DNA of 64,000 bases. Origin: Convolutriloba macropyga (Eukaryota). Under the pieces are notes generated by a model, which was not told the origin of the DNA, made no database searches, and saw only the letters and a program-made list of their open reading frames with translations. Shown here in pieces: positions 52,463-64,000 of the stretch. Numbering within the stretch: position 1 is the first letter of the stretch; each line of letters starts with the position of its first letter. The position numbers were made by a program, and so were the translations under genes. The stretch lies in NCBI RefSeq assembly GCF_964194025.1, contig NC_134478.1, positions 49,352,001-49,416,000 on the forward strand. The letters are read 5' to 3'.

Positions 52463-52832
52463 CTTCGGATTCTGAACATATCTGTTAACTGAAGTGTCCA
52501 CAACTGCCCTTTTATAAACTGTCATCTGGTCTTGATACGATTCCAATCTCTTCGCCATTTCCATCGTAGGACTGTCAACTCCTGGTTCCAGGTCTCGTTT
52601 GAAATCCAGAGGATCCAGATCAGCCGGAGCCCCGTCTGCAAACGCTATTGTTAAACATATAAATGAAATAATCATGGGAAGGAAATGTAGCAAGGGTCCT
52701 TTTTGAGTGATAGAAGCTGTGCGCGAATGTTTGGATCTATGCGAGGTGTGGCTCAGAGACGCTGAGATGGTTGTTGATGCATTCTGATTGGATGATTTAT
52801 GTTCCTTGCAATGTCTGTCATATTTATTGAAC
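52463..52832 (-). CDS. Exon encoding signal peptide and KR-punctuated propeptide of a secreted prohormone (putative CART-like)
   Basis: Acceptor TTGACTGTCTGTTTTACAG|G at 52833/52832; donor CCGAAG|GTAAGA at 52463/52462 (phase 0). Translation ...GPLLHFLPMIISFICLTIAFADG-APADLDPLDF-KR-DLEPGVDSPTMEMA-KR-LESYQDQMTVY-KR-AVVDTSVNRYVQNPK; in-frame ATG at 52675. Confidence 0.8.
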
Positions 52833-54152
52833 CTGTAAAACAGACAGTCAATCGATAGATCAGTCAGCATTTTTCAGATCAGAGGTGTTTGATAACCCAA
52901 GTTTAGGCTGCGAGTTATGAGTTATGAAAGGGTCGTACTCGACAAGGAGTTTGTATATGAAAAGAACCCGTTGAACTCCAATAGTTAATGATAATTCTTT
53001 ACTTGATTATAATAATGATCATAATGATTGCATGAACATTAGCTCAAGTCAAGTTGTTGACGCTCGATTTCAACTTGACCCAAATTAGATACTGATCGGC
53101 TCAACTCTAATTTTTTCAAGCTGGACTAAAAAATTTGACGTGAAACCCGCTAAAGCATCTAACGTAGGCAACGGTTATGACCATTCAAAATTTTTAATGT
53201 TCAGGAATTTTCATGTTCATGAAGAATTGTACATGTTTCTAATGAAATGGCAATCGTAATATCTGTGCTACATGGTTCCATACAGTCTAACAACTTCGCA
53301 GTATAGCTAATTTGCGCCAAAGAATAAATGCTAGTTTTGCTCGAAGAAATATTAGTTTGGTGATGCTCGTGGTATTATAATTCCAAAAAAAATCAAATCC
53401 GCGGAATATGAAAAGAGCAAGCTCGACAATAAAGTGCAGGTATGAAAGGTCATGCTAGATCAGAAAATGATCAAAAGACATCAAACTCGACGCATGAGAA
53501 GAAATAAGACTGACTTTAATTGTAGTGCCGTATAGTTATAGTCACAGTTAAGCAGGACAGTCATTATTGACAGTACTTGGAGAACAATATAAATAGGAGA
53601 GCAATTTCATAAGCGTGAATAAGAACCTTACTGATAAGATTGTTCTCAAGACTAAACAGTAGACGTACCAGAAGGCACATTCCATATAAAGATCTCTTCC
53701 ATCCTAATTATGTAACATTTTTCTCAGTTCTTTCCTTCTGAGTAGAAATTGTCAGAAAAAAAAATCTTGTGTAAAAAATAACCTTTAAAAAACTTAAGTT
53801 GTACTACAAGCTATCGATGAAGGTGAAAATTGATTTTCCTCTCAATCTTTTCTTAAACTGTTTTAATGAAATGAAGTATCATATATAAAATAACAATAAC
53901 AATATCAAATAACAAACGTGATCTCTGAGCTAAGTTTCTGAATTCTTTGATTTAAATTAAAACTAATTAAGATTAAAACAAACACTTGGTTCAAAAATTG
54001 TAATACAGAATATCTCATGTATATTCTTGAGTTTAAATGGTTTAACTTTGAAAAACATCGAAGGGATTTTCTCATTCAGCAGCAGGCAGACTTTAGAGAA
54101 TAACTGTTGTATCTGGTGAAACATATACCGATGTCTGCTCATATATCTATCA

Positions 54153-54355
54153 CATCTTTTCCGTTTGTGCCCCCCCCATCCAGCTTAGTGGGTGCATATT
54201 GTATTTATTTGCAACTCCGAGCACAGGATAATATACTGATACCTGCTCTGCAAGAAAGATAGTTATAGTTAATTAATAGTTAATAATTATCATTGTTATT
54301 TAAGATAGGCATAACGTAGTTGGGGAGGGGGGACGGGGTGGCACGGAAAAGATCC
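54153..54355. mobile_element. Diverged GG-ended MITE of the CACTAAGCTGG family
   Basis: ATCTTTTCCGT...CCAGCTTAGTGGG ... CACGGAAAAGATCC. Confidence 0.65.
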
Positions 54356-54947
54356 CTTATTTCTTAACATAATTTTTACTAATCCAAACGTGCTCGCTAT
54401 TTCATCTCAGCATTTTGATGAAATAGCTCTACCAAAAACGTTCCATAAATATTAGGTATTTAAGAATTTCTTTAAAATTCCGAAATTTACTTACTTTTCA
54501 GAATTTCGAGTTTTAATGTGGCGTTCCGAGAGTAATTGCATGGTTTTTAAATAAAGTTTCGACTCATTAATTTTAATGTATTGTTTTGTGTGATTTCTGT
54601 AGAAGGTACATTTTTATTCAACTTTCAAGTGCTATTTGGTCAGAAAATTGATTGTTGATTGAATTGTCTTCAAAAAGACTTCATAACTCTTGTGAGTTAT
54701 GAATTATTAATGAAACCCAAGACGTTCAATTTCTAGTCTCACATGGCGGAATGCTCTTATTGTATTTTTTCAGAAAAGGGAGTTAAGTTTTGCTTATTGG
54801 GAGAAATTTCATTGTTTATGCAAAAATTTACAATTGAAGAATAATTCAATCGGAATAATTAAGGTCCATCTTAAAAAATGCCAAAAATTTTTACCAATGA
54901 AGTCCAGCCCTGTTGATTTAACAAAAATAATTCGCGCACAAATTTGG

Positions 54948-55069
54948 GGTCTTTCCCATTATAGCCCCCCCCCATGAAATTATAGCCCCCATTATGGTAT
55001 AATTACCATGTTTGGGGGGGCTATAGGTTATCTGACCACTAAGCTGGGGGGGCTATAATGGGAAAGACC
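54948..55069. mobile_element. GG-ended MITE (GGTCTTTCCCATTATAGCCCCCC TIR)
   Basis: Near-perfect ~25-bp TIRs, CACTAAGCTGGGGG motif, CAAATTTG on both flanks; a further partial TIR at ~55080. Confidence 0.8.
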
Positions 55070-56387
55070 GCAAATTTGTGGGGTCTTTCCCATTAAAGCC
55101 ACAAACCCCCCCCCCCCACCCCCAGAGGTTTTTTCTCAAGTAAATCTTAAAATCTCAGACTCAAAGTCTTGCCTAAATTCTTAATGCACAGACAATGCTG
55201 ATGCCCCAAAGAGTGTGGGGTCCTGGACCTATTAAACAGTTTGGCGCAACTATTAGACAATTTTCCATTCTGTTTTCAATACTTAACCCGCCTGTGATGA
55301 TGACAAAGTTTGGCGAACGTGTAAATCAGAGTTTCAGCGCTGTTTTGTTTTCTTTTCAATTGATTTTGGCTGTATGTGTGATAATGGGGAGGTTCATGGT
55401 TTTTATGGTTTTTGTCCCTTTATGATTGCGTTTGCGTTTGTTTCAAAACAACAAATCAATTATTAATTATTCAATTTTATTCCATTTTGACTCATTTCGT
55501 GTTTCTTATTTGTTTTGTTGCTGTTGTTATTTTTGGCCCATGATTCAGAAAATCACGTAACGTTAATTAGGTCGATAAAAGCATTCACCGATATCAATAA
55601 AAACCAGCGCAAATTTTTCCAAAAATCAATTCTACAAAATTTATTTTGCATAAATAGAGTAAACATCTTCCCACCGCTCATCGGAATCAATAAAACGTCA
55701 AAATGTTGGCTTAACAATCATTTGCTACCCAACAATTATCACTAGTTAAATATGTCTCTATATTGGCTTCTGCGGCCGAAAACATTTTCGAGCCTTTTCA
55801 TCCCACCTCTTATTGGGGTAAAAAAATGCCCCAAAAATAGAAAGACAACTATCCCAATAAACAAAATTGAGCCCAGCGGGTCATCCACAATTAATCAAAC
55901 ACAAAGGAGTCAATATTTGACTTCCGTAACAGTGCTGTCCTCGTATATACCTATACCTATACACAGCTCATTTGGTCAATTTTTCTCAGACTAATGGTAT
56001 ATATTACAGCACGTCACGCAGGGCGGCCATGTTTGATGAATTTACTCTGCAGAGAGGGTCGCGACAGCATACCGTCATCTTTAAAATGAAAATTGATTAG
56101 CTTTGCAAAGAATTGTAGATATTATAGAAGTCTGAACAAAGTAAGAAAGTTCAATATCCGGCGTGTACTAAGGATGTCTTAGAGTCAGTAGCGTAGGCGT
56201 TATTTGAAAATTTTATAAATGTCGATAACTGAATGAAGAAAATGGCTCGATCTGTAGTGCTACTAACATCGTCTAAACAATTGTGCGATCATAACTTTTT
56301 TCCGAATCTGTAATTTGTTGCACTATATAACGTAAACCTCTCGTTTGAGAACCATTCATAATTTTCCAGGCTTATTCGTTTTTTTAT

Positions 56388-56935
56388 CCCGGATAGAAAT
56401 TTCTTTGTATTCATACAAGGATTATATATGATTTCATAATGTCCATTCATGGTTTCTTAGTACGATCTTTGTATGAAATCATATATGATCGTTGTACGAT
56501 TCCCACGAAATCATGTAGGATCCTAGTATGACTACCAAGAGTCATGCATCCATTTTCCATAAATCCTTTACCATTTATGTTTTTTGTAAGAAATCACCTA
56601 TGTGACTCCGCGGCATCACTTTGTGATCCACCAAAAGATGCTAATGTACAACATTATTTGCAAAGTTGGGCACTAAATAAAAAAGTAACCCTAAATAGAT
56701 AAGTAAAGGTTTGCACTGGGATATTAAAATTTAATATGTCCTCTGACCACATTTTACAAGAATTTATGTTTTATGTGTCATATATGAACTTGTAGGATTT
56801 CCAAGAAATTTTATCAACTTCAATAGAAAATAAAAATTATACAGTTTTTAGGCTTTGAAATTTTTTGTGTGCTCCCTTTATGATTTCTAGGAAATTATAT
56901 ATGATTTTGTATGACTACCAAGAATACATACAAAT
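56388..56935. mobile_element. One end of a CCCGGAT-terminated element with ATATGATTT/GTATGA subterminal repeats
   Basis: CCCGGATAG at 56388, then repeated TATATGAT / GTATGACTACCAAGA motifs; other end not found. Confidence 0.45.
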
Positions 56936-59900
56936 CAAGGTACCTACAAAAGGCAGTCGCTGTATAAATAACACTAGCACTTATTTCACAATAGATTCCT
57001 GCGCTGCAAGTTGATCAATTTCTTTGAGTAAAAAATTTTCATTCCTTTAAAAATCTATAGTAGTTTTGCAGATTAAATATTCGGTGTAAAATTATTTGCA
57101 AATTTTAGACAACAACCTGTGGATTACAATCTCAGATCTAAAAAAATCATTGCGATTACATTGCACTCAAAAAAAGTATTTAATTGGCATAACTGTTGAA
57201 TCGTCATCCGATATAAAATAGTTTTGTTGTATACGCAAAAATAGTTTTTATGGAAATCAACGGGATAAATGGGGACCTTTTTAAATTGATTATGACATTT
57301 TTTTACGTGTTACGTGATCTGAATGCAAATGGAAGAAGCAAAAAAAGTCAAAGAATTTTTTTTCCTAATGATCGATACTGTGCATTCAACTGTAGATTTT
57401 TGGGACACCTGAGATTTGGGTATTGGCAACTGACATTTGTTGCAAACACTCTGACAAAATGAAATATTTTTAGTGAATTTTTGGAATAACATATAAATAT
57501 AACTTTTTTAGTTTCTGTATTATTGAAGTGGATTAGAATACGGACAACAGTGCACTGATCACTCTGCTCTTATTGTTCTCCAAATACTTCGTTATGGATA
57601 GGTTCAAAATATGATATTTTAGACTTTTTTGCCACATTATTTTCAATTTTGAATCAAGCCACTCCTTAAGCTGAATAATTTTAGTTTTACTTTTTTTACC
57701 ATGATGCAATGTTGGTGGCTGTAAATTATCAATATAACCGAGAGGTTAAAGTTTACATGCCTTGAGAATAATCTAAACTAAATATTGAAATACTCAAAAT
57801 TAGGCGTTATTCTATTTATTATCTGGTTCTGACTAGTTTTACCCTTTACACATTAAGTTGTTCATTACTATATATAAAGCTATGTTTGCCAAGAGTTTAT
57901 TCGTCTATTTGGAATGACTTTAAAAACATCTTTTAGAGAACAATTGAAAAGAATAATAAAAATTGTACAGTATACTCACTTGTCTTCCATTAGAATAAAA
58001 CTTTCTTTCGTACGGTACCTGACTGTTAAATGGGGCCTGATTCCTCGATTTCAGTTCACGGATAATTTAGCTGATCATTTTGTGACAATCTTTTCTTACA
58101 TTTTCAGTTCGAGGTATTTATATGAAATTAAAATTCATCGCTTTTCAAGAGTTTTCCTTTCGGAGCTTTCTTCTCTCATTTTATAATATTTTCCATTGCT
58201 TTTTAATGCTGCAAGTTTTTGCTAAGAGTTCCTTGAAAAAAAAAACAAAACTCTTGCCTAGACATTTTAATGGCTCTCTCCCTCTCTCGCACTTATTTGT
58301 AAGTTTATTATTATCTCCTACAGAAACAAAGGGATGTTGCTTTCATCATTTTTCTAACACGAGGGTCATTAACGGGAAATATATAAAATTAACGGGAAAT
58401 GGTAAAACATTGCTGTTTAAGGATTGAGCAATTTTCATATCAGTTTTGATGCAAATTTTGGAACAAAGGCGCCTCGACAGCAATATATACGAATATCAAA
58501 GCAGTAACACTCGATTAAAAAAATCGATCGTCATTTATTTTACTTATAAACAAAAAGTTTCCATAGACCGAAAAGGTGCCAGTTATTTGAGTAAAAATTA
58601 ATGTTGATTTACTTTGAAACATTTTAAATCATAATGAAATTTGTTTAAGCGAAAAAAGAACTTGGAGATGACTTAGCTAATTTGTAGCCTTTTCCTTCAA
58701 AGGACACCCGCCATTGATAACTAAAATTTGAGTGGCGGAACATTTCTCCGTGAAATTAAAATTAATTACCTGCTAACTTTTTGCAACCTCGCTTAGTGGA
58801 GAAACTATACACTCTACTAGTTTTTTTGTTGGGTCAATTTTGTCCCATCGATAAAACATAGAAAGACATATTTAGTAGCATAAAAAAGGCCATCAAGCTT
58901 AGAATATTTTAATGCAGGTTTTTTTTTAATTTCGTATTTTTCTAGAAAAATTGAGGTTTGAAAATTTGGAAATAATCGGCCAATTCCCGTTGTTTTTTGC
59001 TCCTTTTCTCTGTATTTTTTCATATCTTGATCAAATTTTGCTCAATTATTTAAAAATGTTAACAATAGTGTTATTAGTAAAAACTTTACAGATAGAGTAG
59101 GGTTTGTAAACTCTTTGATCCAAATTTTTTGCAATAAGAAAACTGTTTGAAAAGTTGACAATTCAGTTTTTTTTCTTGAAAAATGGCACCAAAAACTTTG
59201 TTTTCGACTATTTTTTTCCAAATTGGCCAAACCTTAGCAAACTAAAATAAGGCTTATTTCCACTTCTTTTTTCAAAGAGAGTAATCTGGGATTAAATATT
59301 CTCCAATCATTGGTGGGAACTCATACTGGAGAAGAAATTTTACTCAGACTTCAGTAATAAAGAAATCAAAAATTTAAACCATGAAATTATTTGAAAAGGC
59401 TTTTAAGTAAAGTGCAAAACTGATTTTGGGCCAATTTTACGTTTTTAGAGAAAATTTTGGCTATTTCACTTCTGTTTTTCCTGTTTTTCACTTCCTTCAT
59501 TGGAGAGTGCTGCTCACGCTAACATCTTTTTAAATTAGGCTATAGTTTTATGTTCTTTTTGTGTTATTTCGTACATTGATCTTCTAAAAAAGGAATCAGT
59601 GTTAATTTGCAAGTAAAATACTTCCTTAAGATTACTTTTTTGAAAAGTTTTTTTTTGAAATTTTCAGTCTTTTCGGGATTTTAGCGTTAATCTTATTAAT
59701 GAGAATTGTTATATATACTTCCCTTGAAATAGTCTAATCATTTTCTCGGAATTACTTTTGGGTTAATCACTTTTCTAACCACGATTGTTTTTTAGTAGCA
59801 ATATGAATAAGTAAATCAAAAAATGATTAAACTGATGACAAAACTGAGAAGGCGATTAATCTTCTCAACACACTAAAGACAAAAATTAGTTCATTAAGTG

Positions 59901-62063
59901 ATTTCAGACAGAAGGGTTTTTCTGACCCAGACAAATTTGTTTTCTACTTTGTCTTCGTGTTCCTTTGTCTTCGTGTTCGCCCCGTGAAAATTGATAAAAA
60001 GTTTTTGTGTAGTGTTGCCTTGTTGCTTGGCCGCGGGTTTCCTTCTAGTGAAATGTTTTTAAATCTATGAAAAGAGATTCTAGTGAATTTCTTGACACCA
60101 AGAGATTTTTTTTCATATCCATTGGTTTCAGGAAATTTAGCACTACTTGTTTCTATTGAAATTGAAACTATAATTGAATTATTTCAGCTTTTGAACCTTA
60201 GTGTCCTGTATCATTATCCGGTTCAATTTAAATTTAGCAACTTCGCCGCTTTTTTATTTGTCTGTATAATAACCGATTTTTGAGATTCGCCAGGTCTCTT
60301 TATCCTTTGTCTTCGTGTTCGCCCCATTAAAGGCAGCTCCCATCAATTTGTTAACTGAATCAGAATCAGTCTTTAAAAGGCAGTTGTTTGAACACTTAAA
60401 AGAACATTCAACTACTCGAGTGCCACTCTTTTTCTTAACAACATGCAAAAAAGTTATGTTTGAAACTTCTGCTCTTCTAATGAACACGATAGCGAGGTCA
60501 TTAGTTTATCCAAGTATTTTTTTTTGTGTGTGACCGATTTTCTTGCTGTTTTAAATTGTGCTCCTTTTCGATATGACCGTCTGAAAAGCACCAAGAGATC
60601 AAAAACTGAACTTTTTGGTGATTGTTGCCGTTTGGCAGCTGAATAAATTGCTAATAAAATCAAGTGTCAAGTGTTTCCTAAATAAGGTGTTTTTTAATGA
60701 GAGTTGCGAGCCAAACGGTTTTGAGCAGTTCAATTTCTGTCTACTTTAGTAAACTAAACAAAATAACAACACTGGTATTGACTTCAATGTTTACCGTCAA
60801 CTTTTAAATTGCAAAGCAAGAACTACATTTTGTCATATTGAATTTTAATTCTCTTGTTTACTCAGGTTTTACATCATTCAAGTTTTACAGTAAAGTCTGC
60901 AGAGGATGAGTATTTTAGTATTTTTTGTGAAACTACGAGAAAAACAGCCACACTCCATTTCATTGTTTTTCTTGTTGGATATCTGCAATCAAAGGTATAC
61001 GAGATATAATGTTTTAAAAAATACGGTTTCAAAAAAAATCGAGTAGTATTGTCAGTTATATATAAAACAAGGAATCTTGGTAAGGTGCTTTTGCACAATT
61101 TTCCCTGTTGTTCCCTTTCGTCCACTTCTTCAAACGAAAAAACCAGTACAACTAATAACAACGAGCTAGACTAACCGTGATTTTGTTCGCTGTGTATCGT
61201 TTTTGTACAAGCTATACTGTTTCTCAAAAAAACTCAGAAAAAAGAATCAAATTAGAAATGAAAGGTCAAATTATTAGCTAGATGTTGAAATTCCATGACC
61301 TCACACACTCATTCGTGTTTGCTGATTGTCTTAAGTCAAATGCTATTAACTGACCTAATGTTGTTAATGAACAAAAGCTGAAGAAAAATGAATTACAGTT
61401 TAAAACAATTAATTCTGTCCAAATTGCCAATAGCTCTTTATTTTGCCAACTTAACGACAGGTTTTTGAAGAAAAAATCTTAGGGAAGATTGATTAAATTT
61501 TGTCCAATTTAGATAACTGCTGCATCTTTCAAGAATTTTTGCAAACGGAGTGATAACTTAGATAACTGACTTTTTAAAAACGTCCTCTGATTAACTGGTT
61601 CCATTTTAGACTTCACGAACAAAAATACTTAAATGACTGATCTTAGCCATTAGTTTTAAGGAACAAGAACAGACTGAATATCTTCTTTTAAGGTTTCCTC
61701 AATAAAAAATTGTGTGAGCAACTTCTTGTTCAATGTTCATGTAAACGATATGACAAAGCAATTAAAACTAACTGTAGAATTGTTCAATAACAAGACAAAA
61801 CATTCTTTTTCCCTCAAAAATTTTGACAGTGAGTGAAAAAAATAAAGGAAACATTGAAATCGAGATACCGTATATTTTTCTCAAATACCTAGACCCATTT
61901 AAAATTAACCTAGGGCAGAATTTAAAATTTTCCCCAAAAATCTGCACTAGTCAAAAGATTCAATTAAAGTTGATCACTAAAAAATTAGATCTATTTTGTT
62001 TGGGCCGTGCCCACCGGTAGACATTCTCTTCACCCACCGGCGCGCGTGGTATTTTTTACATAA

Positions 62064-62607
62064 CCCGGGTCAAGGTTTGGCCAAAAAATGTGAGATTAGC
62101 GGTGAATAGTGGTGAAAAAAAACTATTTTCACCGCAAAGCGCCCGCATCTCTTAGCGCTGAATGCGGTGAAATTTTGCGGTTCTTTGGCGGTTAAAAAAT
62201 TTTTTTCACCGCATTTAACTAAGTTCTTACAAAAAAGATACTGCCGTACAATGGTTCGAATCTCTGCCTCCTGCGTGTCATCAACTTCGTAAACCACAGC
62301 GCCATCTTTCACTTACTGCAATGATATTTCCTGTGAATATAAGATAAGCGTTGAAATTAGTGCGGTGAAAATTTGTAAGATTCGCAACTTTAGCAGTGAA
62401 AAATTGTTTTTTGCCTCATTCTGCTGGTAGTGCTGAAAATTTTTTTTTTCACCGCATCCTGCTGATAACGGTGAAAAAAAAATTCACCGCTTGAAAGTTT
62501 TTTTTCACCGCATTCATCGCATTGAACGCAAATCTTACACTTTTACTCAAATTCACCGCAAATCTTACATCTTTTAGCAATTTTTAGCGGTTACAGCTTG
62601 ACCCGGG
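62064..62607. mobile_element. Complete CCC-ended MITE (EnSpm/CACTA-like), 2-bp TSD AA, TTCACCGC repeats
   Basis: AA|CCCGGGTCAAG ... CTTGACCCGGG|AA; more than ten TTCACCGC/GCGGTGAA motifs. Confidence 0.85.
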
Positions 62608-63054
62608 AAAACAGTGTTACTATATCATATAATGTGTATCAGTGAGACAATAAGAAACTTGAAGTGGAATCAGAATAGATTGACAAAATTTAAATTGACT
62701 CTCAATTATTCTCAAAATGTGTCAATTAATAACAATTTATGAAGTCAGGATGCGATTGATAACTTTCTCAAAGAAATGGACTGTGATTTTAAAATAACTG
62801 CAGCGAGGAATGCTGTAAAATTTTTTAAAAAAAGTTTTTTAATTCAATAAAATGAGGTCACCATCACGGCCGCGCAGTTTTTCTCCGTGAAGTTCCAAAT
62901 AAGATAATAATCACGCTTGGAAAAATCAACGGTGGAAAAAAGTTAGTCTCTATTGATAGCTTTTTTCTCTTTGTTTGACCTGAAACAAAAATTTTTGATT
63001 CTCCTCATACTACACTATGCTGATCTCAGATTCCGATGCTTTTTAGGAATTTTA

Positions 63055-63135
63055 TAATAATGATAATAATAATAATTGTGGTTCCTGCGTAATCGCAGCG
63101 GAGCAGCATTAGGCCACAGCGGCCTGTTCTCAACT
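63055..63135 (-). mobile_element. 3' tail of a LINE/SINE: stem-loops followed by (ATT)n
   Basis: Minus strand AGGCCGCTGTGGCCT and CTGCGATTACGCAG hairpins, then ACAATTATTATTATTATCATTATTA. Confidence 0.5.
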
Positions 63136-64000
63136 GTCCTTTTTTTTATTATTCCCCACATTTCAGACTGATCTTTTTATGAGCAGAATTGCTATATTTT
63201 TGGTGACTATAGACACTTCTTTTGCGTCTGAAACTTTCACGTGGTACCATTATTGCAGCCATCATTGGCCAGGCTATGGTCAACCTGAAGCTAATTTTAA
63301 AGCCAGAAAGCTCCTTGATTGCCAAAAATTGACAATTGGAACGATGATCTCAGATATCATAGAAGAAGTTTTAGTTTTTAATTTTAATAAAATTCTAGAA
63401 GCTGACATTGGACAAGAAAACTTGAAAGTAAAGAATTTTATATTGTACGAAATTGGGGGGAAAAGCGGTTAAGCGACCCTCCAGAGACCCACATACCGGA
63501 GCTGGACTAAATAAAAGCACAAATGGTAAAAATGACTTGGTGCAGTGCTCATTAAAATTGTATTTTTTCTGGTTCTTTTCTGTTTCTTTTCTAATGATTC
63601 TATGTTCAGTTTTCGTTAAACTATAGCGGGACAAAGTTTTTGAAATACACTGCATACCCACTGTCCCACTTCTAAAGATATATTTTGGCGCATATGGCTA
63701 TCAGAAAATTTAAACGCAATTAAGATTTTTTTCTTGGTTTTACTTCTAGTAGTTAAAAAATATATATGACGTTAATCGACGGTGTTATAAAAGTGCATTT
63801 ATTACAGCCAATTAGTATTCAGAATTGATTAATTGTCTCCCGATTGGCCGACAGAGATAACGGAAACATGCTTGGGGGCATAAAACAACCAGGACGAAAT
63901 CAAAGATATGCAAATGAACACAACACGCAGTTAAATATCGCTGCTTTGATCAGTCAGGTCGTAAAAATTGCACAATTGATCAAAGTCAAGTTTCACATTT

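Noticed and set aside
51998-52870. 290-aa single-exon ORF as listed in the ORF track
   Set aside because: Its first 13 codons look like an intron 3' end (branch point, pyrimidines, CAG). After the AAG|GTAAGA donor at 52463 it runs into G/C-tract and LINE-derived intron sequence. Only 52832-52463 is treated as exon.
63179-63661. Overlapping 97-aa (+) and 88-aa (-) ORFs
   Set aside because: No recognisable domain or splice context; adjacent to a retroelement tail.

Overview
AT-rich (roughly one-third GC), intron- and repeat-rich animal genomic DNA with two assembly gaps. The style of the repeats and of the GPCR suggests a marine invertebrate, possibly an acoel; this is an inference only. Most of the window is transposon-derived: two decayed Ty3/Gypsy retrotransposons on the minus strand (about 2.3-8.9 kb and 15.4-20 kb), a 1.25-kb-arm inverted repeat, several CCC-ended non-autonomous DNA transposons with 2-bp target-site duplications (TSDs), GG-ended MITEs with 8-bp TSDs, LINE remnants, and two recent tandem duplications with ~1.3-kb units. 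Two host genes can be read. (1) The terminal exon (TM5-TM7) of a rhodopsin-type GPCR at 20100-20648 (+). (2) A spliced secreted prohormone on the minus strand that the ORF track misses. Its exon at 52832-52463 encodes a signal peptide and three KR cleavage sites, and joins in phase 0 across a 14.3-kb intron to an exon at 38196-38035 encoding a six-cysteine peptide (C-x5-C-x9-C-x-C-x6-C-x10-C). The precursor layout and cysteine framework resemble vertebrate CART (cocaine- and amphetamine-regulated transcript). This putative invertebrate CART-like neuropeptide is the most interesting item in the window.
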